Shown here: positions 25,801 through 31,212 of the stretch, in pieces
How the letters are laid out: each line of letters starts with the position of its first letter
How positions within the stretch are numbered: position 1 is the stretch's first letter
Virus record (IMG/VR): IMGVR_UViG_3300032316_001090
Span: 8,784-72,783 of that record
Reading direction: 5' to 3' (one strand)
Source of the DNA: a virus
Length of the DNA stretch: 64,000 bases
Made by a program: the position numbers and the translations under genes
The notes under the pieces: generated by a model
What the model was told of the DNA's origin: nothing
Seen by the model: only the letters and a program-made list of their open reading frames with translations
Databases searched by the model: none

Positions 25801-26487
25801 ACCTACAGAATGACCACAGCCACTACCACAGTGTTGACACAAGATGTCACTGCCACTGCTGATGTCATATATGTAGCGTCTGTGGATGGATTAACTGAAC
25901 CTGATCTGACAAATGGTGCATTTGGAGTGATAACTGTTGGTGCTGAACGCATTATGTACCGAGTGCGAGACACTGTGACCAACACAGTGTCAGGATTACA
26001 GCGCGGCACAGCAGGCACCGCAACAAATTCACACGCAAGTGGCACCGCAGTGTATAATCTAGGACCAGGCAATTTATTGAATCAAAATTATCAAGACTAC
26101 GTGGTTCGCGATACTGGCATGGGCGACGGTACCACTGTGGTATTCTATGCACCCAATATTAATATTTCTGATTTTGGTGATTCCAGTACAGCGTATGTAG
26201 AAAGCATCGAAGTGTATGTGGGAGGAATTCGTCAATACAACTATTCGCAGCCTGAAGCTCAATCACAGTATCGCTATATTGTGACAGATTTTGGGCCTTT
26301 GGCGGTGGAATTTATCACAGACAATGATCCTGTAGCTCCGTTGCTACCGCCAGCAGCTGGCAGTGAAGTTACAATATTACAACGACGTGGTGTGACTTGG
26401 TATGCACCCGGGGTTGGCACCCCCAGCAATGGTGTTGCATTGCAAGAAACTGACACCATAGCCGCAAGGTTTTTGTGTGACAGATAA
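10849..26487 (+). CDS. giant virion structural protein, 5212 aa (baseplate/fibre-associated; internal repeated modules)
   Basis: Single uninterrupted 15,639-nt ORF, which cannot arise by chance; ATGA overlap with the upstream gene; T/S/N/V/G-rich with recurring ~55-aa modules and short tandem GxGY..IPTVT motifs. Confidence 0.85.
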   Translation: MARTRSVDFLPEIFQTPVNKQFLAATLDQLIQEPKFKKTQGFIGRTVGPGVNPNDAYVVEPGKTRQDYQLEPGVVSLKPDTNVINNVITYPGINDAVALQGGNIDRADLLYNSDYYTWDPFIDYDSFINFSQYYWLPSGPSTVDVNSSGVPLQQNFSVTRGTDSYLFSGQTGANPTLYLVRGGNYNFAVAQNATETVNYRVANDSSSSYQIQQQTNPTLTLVRGNTYVFELNLNGDYPFWIKTEPSLGTGDAYQTGVRRNGSAFGDITFVVPQDAPDTLYYTSQNFTNMQGILQIVDGQSGTGPGFWIQTAPGISGTVPSTPNISSRNVLGVINNGTDLGTIEFEVPSKTAQQFYYNLPNVGPVDFLTDLPFNEINNQPLATFIQTQGGIDGVTYLQNRTLVFTSTEESGWVNGASTVAPADRYQIWQINIVSVLGVDVINLAKIANVGFNQKFTLAYGNQYSNTSWYKNNLGLFQQIPLLSAVTSELYYQDSTNPDLFGRIVLLDPDQQNTIFIDNILGQSAYTSPNGVVFTNGLKVRFTGDVIPASAASNSAQFTCTATTAGSNLITCSSTAGLYEGIEIVFSGTTAGGIVPGDVYYVKSIVANGIQFSISTVVDGATYAVSTATVAGFTATATSNNEFYVSGVGTAIALLPVRNFVTPETYVVDANDSTIATEPDEVDYLTIDRASNDLNAWTRSNRWFHVDVITAAAGYNNTVIELNNNYRAKRPIISFRPGIRLFNMGVQGKQPVDVIDFETTDAFSEVEGSTGYAIDGYSLVDGSRVIFAADLDPDVRNKIYTVQFIEPDSVPPLITQPIIHLSLTSDGLVVPTQSTVCLEGNDLKGITFWYDGVEWLQAQQKTSVQQAPLFDVYDANGFSFANTNSYPSSTFVGSKLFSYAVGDTSVIDPILKFPLQYLNINNVGDIVFENNLYKDTFVYVVDNVSTTADISSGLAREYVNIIDYTKLIGWQPAAATSQQYQQFRFVYTGRTLTLDVAVSTTTVMPVLKIYVGSNFVSPNDYTYRVSSRSTVITFDQEYLLTDVIEVLALSDQSSTVGFYQVPVNLQNNPLNSNSNSFTLGTIRTQYQTICENLPALTGPIAGANNTRDLGNLVPYGLTILQHSAPMTLAGYFLRSDQYNIWSSMQFNSNEYLKFKGQLLNAVTQQTIQFQGTADVLDTALADITLGRVETQPFYWSDMLPAGAVYTTLNYTVSRTTTNTFDVTQVYNYTSANYLGMNVYLNNVILMRDRDYTVATDGPRITVLINLTLGDQLMIREYADTAGNFVPNTPTKLGLYPAWRPEIVTIQTTSGAQTVIIGHDGSQTRTFDDIRDDVLLEFETRIFNNLKLDGNPVPLTATDVIPGQFRSTGYSLDQINNILGTDFLSYVAWNKLDYKTQDYQANNEFSWNYSDSQSRLDNNSVPGAWRGINRLYYDTQQPQLVPWELLGFTIKPSWWQDRYGPAPYSQDNLVLWEDLEAGYVADPVAPYYLPQYARPGLLSVIPTGTEGQLLSPFDSVISTFDAQTFRKSWSLGDGGPVEASWWNSSAYPFAVMRLLALTQTAKFFALFADRDLYKFNSDYGQYLYDNRYRLNANRIEVYGNGVSKASYINWIVDYNRQSGLDSTNDLSNDLDFIDVRLCYRMASFSDKQYIKIYTEKSSPNSVNTTFLIPDENYNLVLYKNQPFDRASYSAVVIQKSGSGYAVFGYSTSQPYFTVQQSMSSGLLQTYTVAGVTVKVSTVYTDNTVNIPYGYVFASTTAVADFLLSYGQYLQRQGLTFEDSTNGYILNWPQMVTEFLYWSQQGWDESALINLNPLAFKLSVTKPQAVVDSIQAQTTDNILLDQNRRELPTRNLIITRLDNTFTVEPANEQTLSFIDVKYTSYEHMIVLDNSSLFGDVIYDPITGARQSRLNLTAVTTTEWNGSVDAQGFVLNQNNIEEWSSDRTYTKGEIVLFKGAYWSAATIVQPTAVFNANDWIKSDTDQIQLGLLPNLATKADQLTNSYNINSANLESDNDLLSYGLIGFRPREYMTSLNLDDVSQVNVYRQFLDSKGTVLSAELFSQVNLGKEAADYDIFENWAVQRAVYGANANRSYVQLRLDQALLDANPSVIQVINTQQTSKADQTVLVSEIWRESFPITSPDFLPTTTDLPTDTALPSAGYVNLDDVDITVFDINNTDSLSASIDSIGVGTTVWVAKINDYDWAIYRTQAVPGTISHVCDNLDGTSLVIFTQPHELSVGDKLIIKFFDLEVNGVYTVLTVPSLEKITVAFSFTGDRTVVNGTGLGFTLKTQRVAQASDILLLPYANTIEPGARVWVDNNGNGSWAVLEKQEVFSELLSVSPAVKDINQQYGTAVAQAQNRFAALVGSPLYRLPETFSQWNINDTYTPGEIVVVPDPVQAEFFQCKNAVAVAGVVNIYNTSYWTPYNISVQPQRGAVYVYVKNSSEIYSPISPLAPEDAVLSLDVLHVSGTSTNSSISGTVLTVGGTVTGSFEPGMILTGNNVVSDTTILAQLTGTAGLAGTYSISVDYTALSPVSATAVAANVPAVRNLGAALTFGNQDWAAAGAPGSLGSTGTADNGYAVIIYRAPELGAAGTIPFANWQLLTSPNSVIAAEKFGSAVAMSQDERWLYVAASGNNAVHAYAQVPWEDQKIRAFSDGVTKSYFIGNTIQIDQDTQLTVLVEGNKQTLGVDYTVTELLTQVIFVTAPAQGEFIEIVRTSRILLDQQVSYDVVQSATSGAGTGAKFTVVYQRNQVGPTVSQPSNTVGSVSVSAGGVNYVVGNTITLPAASFGGQSVNGAITLTVLGVDATTGAVSTFSVAYTPTVLATQFSLNEYLYTVDSVYSFSVLVDGVLQRPGIDYGYSGLNDDITFLNVPVAGAAILIRAESYYEYCNTITNVNSVSGDQFGYSVSTSTDGRQILIGANQTTVDTVDQAGTVYVYDRCVQKFIYGTDGSTVTFTVLGTVNNPVAVLVNGEFFTNEISAAPNATNTFTVAGNIITINGNLQVGDIIEIETNEFQLVQTINQNIVESFANYGQALDLCSYNCSMYVGAPNSSYQIIKGGVVERLVNQSRVYGVTACGNPGGTLTAGNTLRVNNQDVVVPGTWNNSLIYTVNTVVYNTADAVTSIYSSLQSVPAGTALTNTSYWRLIQTTTVLSSVDYRALAAQINIDVPNAIASVDEHLHLTIAVKNIAAAMPGNLLQVAPGSIGTAFDDIDFTTFVLTQTIQSPYPVDYAGFGSSVSIDDTAVNLVVGAPRGTLYLITVFDLNNTDFDEGATDFFDQVLQSGAVYTYDLLPSSDASVTNPDKFVFGQQIDNPDVASYDQYGTAVDYSSGVLFTGAPGNESEDSTLSGNFGRVFVSVNENRVPAWTTLQNQQPVVDVRLLNNVYLYDVVSSETTQYLDFFDPLQGKILSAARQNIDYLGAIDPASYNVGASGINGTTWGENQVGEVWWDTSTVRFIDPNQDDIVYASRRWGQVFPGSSVDVYQWIVSPTPPSDYAGEGTPLTTLSYVVNSVLSNEGVINLQYFFWVQGITVVATAKGKTLPVSAVANYIENPRATGIAYMAAINASTVAIYNVGDLLNANDTVLSIEFDRELTNANVHTEYELIAQGKDSAWLSQNLYRKLQDSFCGVDTAGNLVPDVNLNAGERYGVQFRPRQSMFVNRFAALKNYLSRANTVLSRYPVSENRSFDLLNSRDPEPTAGSGQWNKRVANLEILGFQNIYAVALGYNYLVVSDSNNGGLWTIYTVTETVTVDGTVRQLVLSRVQNYNTRQYWNYINWYLPGYNTSSKIIVEVPNIAALNELTVPVGSSVKVTANSQGKFEIYLRTQTGFQRVGLQDGTIEFSAVLWNYALGRYGFDLEVFDAQYFDQEPVIETRKIIQAINQELFVDDLLIERNRALTLMFDFVLSEQGAPEWLVKTSLIDVEHRIRALLPFQNYSRDNQEFVVDYIQEVKPYHVQIREFNLRYSGRDVWPGDVADFDLPAYYNTSLEVPRYTSPILLPYEAGTAFNSEINTLSNLPANSTVWDSWPYSQWFNNYLLSVISVTVINGGTGYAEIPTVTFVPNANNPAPIQAAQATAVLNGAGQVVAINVTQSGSGYRSIPTVTITGGNGSGATAYAQLVNNVVRQFRTVIRYDRYQYQSAVVDWNSNGTYENGALVRYRNQVWSAQNADGSSAVIGPTFDLENWELVDPATYTYPGSTEATGLTGVDRTMGLYVPGINEPGLELPLLVNGVDYPGVQVWGDYFTNTATLDANYQSEFADIYLGTRFDDINVNGGEFVGPYEGHAPEELVNGAEYDSLDLRVYTRPGSDWSGDGHGFAIASTRYSYDDNVTTVFSWANLVQTPFQLIVSNITTGLVLTENVDFVTNWTNSTVDVFGGADNGDIINIDVYEIGGGSQLFRSVYPASEVIANNNKIQIPVNWAEISECNIFVNGEIIADQPLAPYTNSVTWSINSTFANNSTVFNNNEIQCTATTAVFNVINCSNTSALTVGQPIVFSGTVFGGLVAGQEYYVLSVPNSIQFLVTATAGSTVPVTLTTAAGTMTASPKGTYYRAIQAVPAGIQLSNTQYWLPFVPSLYTEITITAAISAGDTLSMLVLGNTSVIPVTTTTVTSNAITLSASTNSLVVGQTVIFNGYSLGGIATDVVYQILAIVGPAEITITQDGATPVALITDTADWTKQLVAKFIPPNLASWSTPVIEHFVVDAGIQTLGSVTVSDVPQGTNAANMVVLRNGVRLTGPACIEWTGDDTTTEFGLPQRLGVSFSQATIDPVTDIQVYVNNVLQLQSFGAIVGTYSVTNYDGSNTPGRQIVFVNPPADGDVILIAVSTLADCLYDYDPSAPTFGNQLQILPALNINDLISVITWNDTSQQQALTQAFYGPVITGTTITEGYDDTNYDSGSVSGAPGSFDYALGVLVAQNNFDLGRLNVNAGRLWVSLNGLRLFEGEDFTVSGTQLVLSSGAIQTNQVLTVTQFTSSVVPEAVAFRIFQDMRGVQATYRMTTATTTVLTQDVTATADVIYVASVDGLTEPDLTNGAFGVITVGAERIMYRVRDTVTNTVSGLQRGTAGTATNSHASGTAVYNLGPGNLLNQNYQDYVVRDTGMGDGTTVVFYAPNINISDFGDSSTAYVESIEVYVGGIRQYNYSQPEAQSQYRYIVTDFGPLAVEFITDNDPVAPLLPPAAGSEVTILQRRGVTWYAPGVGTPSNGVALQETDTIAARFLCDR

Positions 26488-26491
26488 CCAG

Positions 26492-26499
26492 GATAAATA
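26492..26499 (+). promoter_or_regulatory. T4-like late promoter motif GATAAATA
   Basis: NATAAATA in the 165-nt gap after the giant gene. Confidence 0.35.
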
Positions 26500-26506
26500 A
26501 AAGACC

Positions 26507-26656
26507 ATGGCAAACACATCACAAGATCAAACTAAACCTCAAACTCAACCACCTGCAGCACGCCGTCCCAACGAAACAGGCACCATCAGTGTACAGGCCT
26601 ATATGAGAATTTTTGACCCAAAGACCCAAAAAACTTTGGTGGAGGGGCGAGCATGA
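26507..26656 (+). CDS. small ORF, 49 aa, C-terminus duplicates the N-terminal motif of the next gene
   Basis: ATG 7 nt after the late-promoter motif; its stop overlaps the next start (gcATGA); ...IFDPKTQKTLVEG resembles ...IHDPKTGEVLVEK at the start of 26653..27258. Confidence 0.25.
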   Translation: MANTSQDQTKPQTQPPAARRPNETGTISVQAYMRIFDPKTQKTLVEGRA

Positions 26657-27258
26657 TTCAGTCAGGGCTGTGTAAAATTGAAGGATTTATCAAGATACAT
26701 GATCCCAAAACTGGTGAAGTGTTGGTGGAGAAAAAGAATGCCATTCACTATGAAAACATCAGTTTGGCCATGGCGCAAACGCTGAGTGATCGAAACACTG
26801 GTTATATCTACCAAATGGCATTTGGTAATGGCGGCAGTTCGGTGGACCCCACTGGTGTTATTACATATTTGCCCCCAAATACCACAGGTCAGAACGCTGA
26901 CCTGTACAACGAAACCTATGCCAAGGTTGTAGACGACAATTCAGCAGCTGACACAGATCCTGAAAACAACAAGATGACTCCATTGCATGTGAGTGGCAAT
27001 GTATACAGCGATATTCTTGTGACCTGCTTGTTGGACTATGGCGAACCCCCTGAACAACAGGCCTTTGATAACTCAACCAATTTCAATGGTGAATTTGTGT
27101 TTGACGAATTGGGATTGAAAACTTGGAATGGTGCAGCAGATAATTTGCGGTTGATCACCCATGTGATTTTTCACCCTGTACAAAAGAGTTTGAATCGTCA
27201 GATTCAAATTGATTACACACTGCGTATTCAAACGCTGAGCAACATAAATGCTGTATAA
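26653..27258 (+). CDS. hypothetical structural protein, 201 aa
   Basis: ORF between the giant gene and the tail-fibre gene. Confidence 0.55.
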   Translation: MIQSGLCKIEGFIKIHDPKTGEVLVEKKNAIHYENISLAMAQTLSDRNTGYIYQMAFGNGGSSVDPTGVITYLPPNTTGQNADLYNETYAKVVDDNSAADTDPENNKMTPLHVSGNVYSDILVTCLLDYGEPPEQQAFDNSTNFNGEFVFDELGLKTWNGAADNLRLITHVIFHPVQKSLNRQIQIDYTLRIQTLSNINAV

Positions 27259-27261
27259 ATA
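27254..27261 (+). promoter_or_regulatory. T4 late promoter consensus TATAAATA
   Basis: Exact TATAAATA 21 nt upstream of the fibre-gene ATG at 27283. Confidence 0.5.
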
Positions 27262-27282
27262 TGGCAACTAGGAACCTTTGAC

Positions 27283-29085
27283 ATGGCATATACAATCAAT
27301 CTAACAGACGGAACACTTTTTGCTACCATTTCTGATGGTACAGTGAACACCACAGCTGGGTTTGCGACCTCAGCACCACTAACGCTGGTGGGTAAAAACT
27401 ACGCTGGCTACGGCGAGTTCTTGGACGAAAACTTCCTTCACTTGTTGGAAAATGGTGCAAGCGCCACGGCGCCGGCAGCCCCATTGACCGGTCAATTATG
27501 GTGGGACAAAACACTCAACCTGCTAAAAGTCTACAACGGTACAATTTTCAAAACCATATCAGCTGCCACAGCCAGCCCCACAGCACCCACCAGCAACGTC
27601 ACTGGAGATCTGTGGTATGACACTACAAATCAACAACTCAAAGTCTGGACCGGTGCAGCATTTTTGGTTGTGGGTCCGGGATTCTCACAGGCTCAGGGCA
27701 CATCAGGCGCCATACCTGAAACTATTTTAAATTCAGTTGGCGCCACAAAATATATTACAAGTTTGTATGTGAACAATGTGCGAGTGGCCATTGTGTACGA
27801 AGGCAGCAGTTTTGTTCCGCAGTCATCATTGCAAGCAGCATTTCCCACGGTGTTTTCTGGTATTACATTGAGCGCATCAGTGGCCAGTGCAGTTTTTGCA
27901 GGCACAGCCAGCAACGCTGCTTTGTTGGGCAATCTCAACAATACTCAATTCATGCGCTCAGACACTGCCACAGCCACTACAGGCATTTTGCAAGTACAAA
28001 ACAACTCAGGTTTGTTTGTGGGTGCAGCCAATGTGTTCAACGTCAACACCACCTCAACCGACGCCAACATCAAGAGCAACATTCAAGATGGCAATTTAGT
28101 TATCCAGGCCAATGTTGGTGGCACCACATACAACGTGGCCCGAGCCTTGGGCGCTAGTGGTACATTTGCTGTGAGCAACGCACTCACAGTTGGAACCACG
28201 GCCAGTGTGACCGGCAACATCACAGGTAGTAATTTGATCACAAGTGGATTGGTCACAGCCACTGGCAACATCACAGGTGGCAACGTCAACGGTGTTTTGG
28301 TTGCTGCTACTACATTAAGTGCCACTGGCAATGTGCAAGGTGGCAATTTACGCACTGCTGGATTGATTTCGGCCACTGGTAACATTACCTCAGCAGCCAA
28401 CATTGCAGGCACCTACTTTATTGGCAATGGTAGTCAACTCAGTGGTTTGAGTCTGGGCGTGTCTGTGACAAAAATTGAAAATACTACCAGTCAGGTCGAA
28501 ATCAATGCACCAGGCGGTAATGCAACAGTCACAATTGGCGGAATCAGCAATGTGGTAGTGTTTACCTCAGGCACTGCATATTTTAGTGGCAATGTCAGCA
28601 CCATTGGCATTGAAAAAACTGGCACCAATGCAATTGGTAACATTGGATCTAGTTCCAACTACTTCAACCGAATATTTGCCACTGCTACCACTGCTCTATA
28701 CGCTGACGTTGCAGAACGCTTTGCCGCTGATGAATTTTTGGAACCCGGCACAGTTGTGGAATTGGGTGGCACTAAAGAAATCACTCGTTCAACTCAAGAC
28801 TTGAGTGAAAATGTTTTTGGTGTTATAAGCACAAGACCAGCCTACACCATGAATGGTGGTGCTGGCAAAGACGATACTCACCCTCCGGTTGCAATGACCG
28901 GCCGAGTTCCTGTAAAATGTATAGGTATAGTTCGCAAAGGTGATCGACTTGTGAGTGCCGGGCATGGAGTGGCCAGATCCGCACTGCCTGGAGAAGCCAC
29001 AGCATTTAACACCATTGGTCGGTCTCTGGAAAATAAACCAATCCCAGAACAGGGCATAATTGAAGCAATTGTGACTATCAAGTGA
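27283..29085 (+). CDS. tail fibre protein, 600 aa
   Basis: N-terminus MAYTINLTDGT...; central repeats (TATGNITGGNVNGVLVAATTLSATGNVQGGNLRTAGLISATGNITS); follows baseplate genes. Confidence 0.6.
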   Translation: MAYTINLTDGTLFATISDGTVNTTAGFATSAPLTLVGKNYAGYGEFLDENFLHLLENGASATAPAAPLTGQLWWDKTLNLLKVYNGTIFKTISAATASPTAPTSNVTGDLWYDTTNQQLKVWTGAAFLVVGPGFSQAQGTSGAIPETILNSVGATKYITSLYVNNVRVAIVYEGSSFVPQSSLQAAFPTVFSGITLSASVASAVFAGTASNAALLGNLNNTQFMRSDTATATTGILQVQNNSGLFVGAANVFNVNTTSTDANIKSNIQDGNLVIQANVGGTTYNVARALGASGTFAVSNALTVGTTASVTGNITGSNLITSGLVTATGNITGGNVNGVLVAATTLSATGNVQGGNLRTAGLISATGNITSAANIAGTYFIGNGSQLSGLSLGVSVTKIENTTSQVEINAPGGNATVTIGGISNVVVFTSGTAYFSGNVSTIGIEKTGTNAIGNIGSSSNYFNRIFATATTALYADVAERFAADEFLEPGTVVELGGTKEITRSTQDLSENVFGVISTRPAYTMNGGAGKDDTHPPVAMTGRVPVKCIGIVRKGDRLVSAGHGVARSALPGEATAFNTIGRSLENKPIPEQGIIEAIVTIK

Positions 29086-29098
29086 CAGGAAAACGCAC

Positions 29099-30055
29099 AT
29101 GACATATTCATCAGGGGGCTTGATTGAGGCCACAGACTACAACGGTTTTGTAAGTACCACAGCGGGGGCCAACGTCAACGCAACCTGGTCAACTGGCACA
29201 ACATCAGCCGGCTACGGACAAACTGCTATATCAACAGTGGCGGCCGCAGGCACTGTAACAGCCACACAATGGGCTACCTTGGTCAATACCATTTCTTCTA
29301 TAGCCGCACATCAAGGCACCACAGTCACAGCCAGAACAGCGCCCACAGCAGGAACATTGATTTCGGTACTGGCTGCTGTTAACACCGACATCACCAACTG
29401 CTATAACAATCGAGGCAATGCTGTTGCCAATGGCACACAATTTACTGGTTGGACCGGCACCAACTCTAAAACTGCAGCCACATCAGGCAGCCCCTGGAGC
29501 ATAACATTTACCAACACCGTGACTTTTGCATCAGCTGACGCTGCTAGATATTTTTTCAATGCTGGTGGACGTATCAAAATTGACGTGTCAAAAACTTCAA
29601 CTGGTGCTACAGGCGATCCAGAATGGAATGACTTGGCCAACACCTTGTGCGGTGACATTTTCATCACCGGTGGCGCCTACAGTCAAACCATTGCTAGTGT
29701 TGTGTACACTGGAACCACCAAGTCGGGTGGCACAGGAACACCCAATACCTTGGCCACTACCATTGGCTGGTTTGATTTGACTGGTACCCCCACAATTGTG
29801 TACAAACAGTTTGCGGACACAGCTCCTTACACTTCAAACTTTATTCAACACAGCCTGTCGGCCACTGCCACAGTGTTGACCATAACCACACTGTGGTCAG
29901 CTTCGGACGGCGACCCCATTACTGGTGGTACTGCTGCGTCAGGGGCCACTCCTGGCACAGCACCTTGTACTATTGTGACATACTTCCCACCTAGCACAAC
30001 CTATTTGACCACTGCAAGTTGGGGCACGCCAACTGTAGCTGCTACCACAACTTAA
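29099..30055 (+). CDS. fibre-like Thr/Ala/Gly-rich structural protein, 318 aa
   Basis: Low-complexity T/A/G/S-rich ORF 13 nt after the fibre gene; AGGAAA 8 nt upstream of the ATG. Confidence 0.55.
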   Translation: MTYSSGGLIEATDYNGFVSTTAGANVNATWSTGTTSAGYGQTAISTVAAAGTVTATQWATLVNTISSIAAHQGTTVTARTAPTAGTLISVLAAVNTDITNCYNNRGNAVANGTQFTGWTGTNSKTAATSGSPWSITFTNTVTFASADAARYFFNAGGRIKIDVSKTSTGATGDPEWNDLANTLCGDIFITGGAYSQTIASVVYTGTTKSGGTGTPNTLATTIGWFDLTGTPTIVYKQFADTAPYTSNFIQHSLSATATVLTITTLWSASDGDPITGGTAASGATPGTAPCTIVTYFPPSTTYLTTASWGTPTVAATTT

Positions 30056-30058
30056 CCA

Positions 30059-30086
30059 AAAGGGGCAGCAGCCCCTTTACTTTTAT
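30059..30086 (+). terminator. rho-independent terminator hairpin + U-tract
   Basis: AAAGGGGC-AGCA-GCCCCTTT perfect 8-bp stem followed by ACTTTTAT, directly after the stop of 29099..30055. Confidence 0.6.
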
Positions 30087-30104
30087 CTAAATCTCCTGTA
30101 CAAT
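30076..30104 (+). promoter_or_regulatory. sigma70-like promoter (TTTACT-N17-TACAAT), leaderless geometry
   Basis: -10 TACAAT at 30099-30104 is 5 nt before the ATG at 30110; -35-like TTTACT at 30076-30081 with a 17-nt spacer. Confidence 0.3.
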
Positions 30105-30109
30105 AACTT

Positions 30110-30418
30110 ATGGATACTGAAGCCTTGGTTGCTCACGCACGAGCAAGATTTGATCATGCAGCCGCCCGACGGGTGCTAAAAGAAAAATACGAAGCACGGA
30201 TGGTGTTTGCCTACGCCGGCGGCATGTGGCGTGCTGGGCCAGAATTGCTGACTACACTGCTGGCCTGCGCACAGGACAAAGATATTGTAATTTTAGATTT
30301 ATACGAAACCCCGGTACAGATCACTGTAACAGATTTGTTTGCTCTAGCACACGAACGCTGGCAAGAACAAATGAATGCATGGAAAGTAGAATGGGACGAA
30401 CTAAACAAACGACGTTGA
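30110..30418 (+). CDS. hypothetical protein, 102 aa
   Basis: First ORF after the terminator/promoter; heads the biosynthetic island. Confidence 0.45.
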   Translation: MDTEALVAHARARFDHAAARRVLKEKYEARMVFAYAGGMWRAGPELLTTLLACAQDKDIVILDLYETPVQITVTDLFALAHERWQEQMNAWKVEWDELNKRR

Positions 30419-31212
30419 GCCAAGGTGTGCTAATCTTTGCCTTTAACAACGAGGCAACAGACTACATTGCCATGGCTGCATGGTCGGCCCGGAATATTCG
30501 CAGACATTTGAACTTGCCTGTGGCAGTGGTCACAGATGATCCTGCAGCAGCCGCCGAGCATGAATTTGAACACATCATTGCAACTGTAGCAGACACTGGA
30601 GGCACAAGACACTTTGCCGACTACAATGCCAATGTGACTTGGCACAATGCCGGACGCATCACGGCCTACGAACTGTCACCGTTTGATCAAACCTTGGTAC
30701 TGGATGCTGACTATGTGATAGCCAGTGATAGATTATTGCAAGTACTAACACTACCACAACAATTTGCAGCCTTCAAGGATGGATTTGATCCCAGCGGTAT
30801 GACCAATCTTGAAACATTTGGTGCGTACAATATGCCCATGTGGTGGGCCACTGTAATGATGTTCCGGCGTGGCAACGTCAGCCAATACATATTTGATTCA
30901 ATGCAAATGATACGAGCCAACTGGCAGCACTACCGGGACTTGTACGGTATTCATCAAAGCAACTATCGCAATGACTATGCCCTGAGCATTGCCCTGGGCT
31001 TGGTAGCAGGCGCTGAACAATCAGTGCATGAAATATTCTTCCCCATGCTCAACGTCATGCCAGAACACGGATTAACTTGTGTGGAACAGGATCATTATGA
31101 AGTCACGTACACCAACTCTGAAGGCCGACTCAAAACTTTGAGTTGGGCTGGATTAGACTTTCACGCCATGTGTAAACGGCATCTGGAGGTGATAGTTGCA
31201 GCCCATGGATGA
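30379..31212 (+). CDS. glycosyltransferase, GT-A fold (GT8-like, DXD), paralog 1
   Basis: VLIFAFNNEATDYIAMAAW...PVAVVTDD and LVLDADYVI resemble the GT8/GT-A nucleotide-sugar-binding and DXD motifs; start uncertain (ATGs at 30226, 30379, 30391). Confidence 0.45.
   Translation: MESRMGRTKQTTLSQGVLIFAFNNEATDYIAMAAWSARNIRRHLNLPVAVVTDDPAAAAEHEFEHIIATVADTGGTRHFADYNANVTWHNAGRITAYELSPFDQTLVLDADYVIASDRLLQVLTLPQQFAAFKDGFDPSGMTNLETFGAYNMPMWWATVMMFRRGNVSQYIFDSMQMIRANWQHYRDLYGIHQSNYRNDYALSIALGLVAGAEQSVHEIFFPMLNVMPEHGLTCVEQDHYEVTYTNSEGRLKTLSWAGLDFHAMCKRHLEVIVAAHG

Noticed and set aside
11074-26522. About 40 antisense or off-frame ORFs (60-124 aa) nested in the giant 10849..26487 gene (e.g. 14989..15363, 18256..18630, 22375..22695)
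   Set aside because: An uninterrupted 15.6-kb sense ORF makes these statistically expected shadows in moderately GC-balanced sequence; none has start/stop coupling or recognisable domains.
28680-29085. C-terminal intramolecular-chaperone (peptidase S74-like) domain in fibre protein 27283..29085
   Set aside because: Only a vague resemblance (LYADVAERFAADE...VKCIG); I could not identify the Ser-Lys dyad context convincingly, so it is not called.
30226-30378. Upstream extension of the first GT gene (ATG at 30226) overlapping 30110..30418 by 190 nt
   Set aside because: Such a long overlap in another frame is unlikely; the internal ATGs at 30379 and 30391 give a protein starting just before the conserved N-terminal block.
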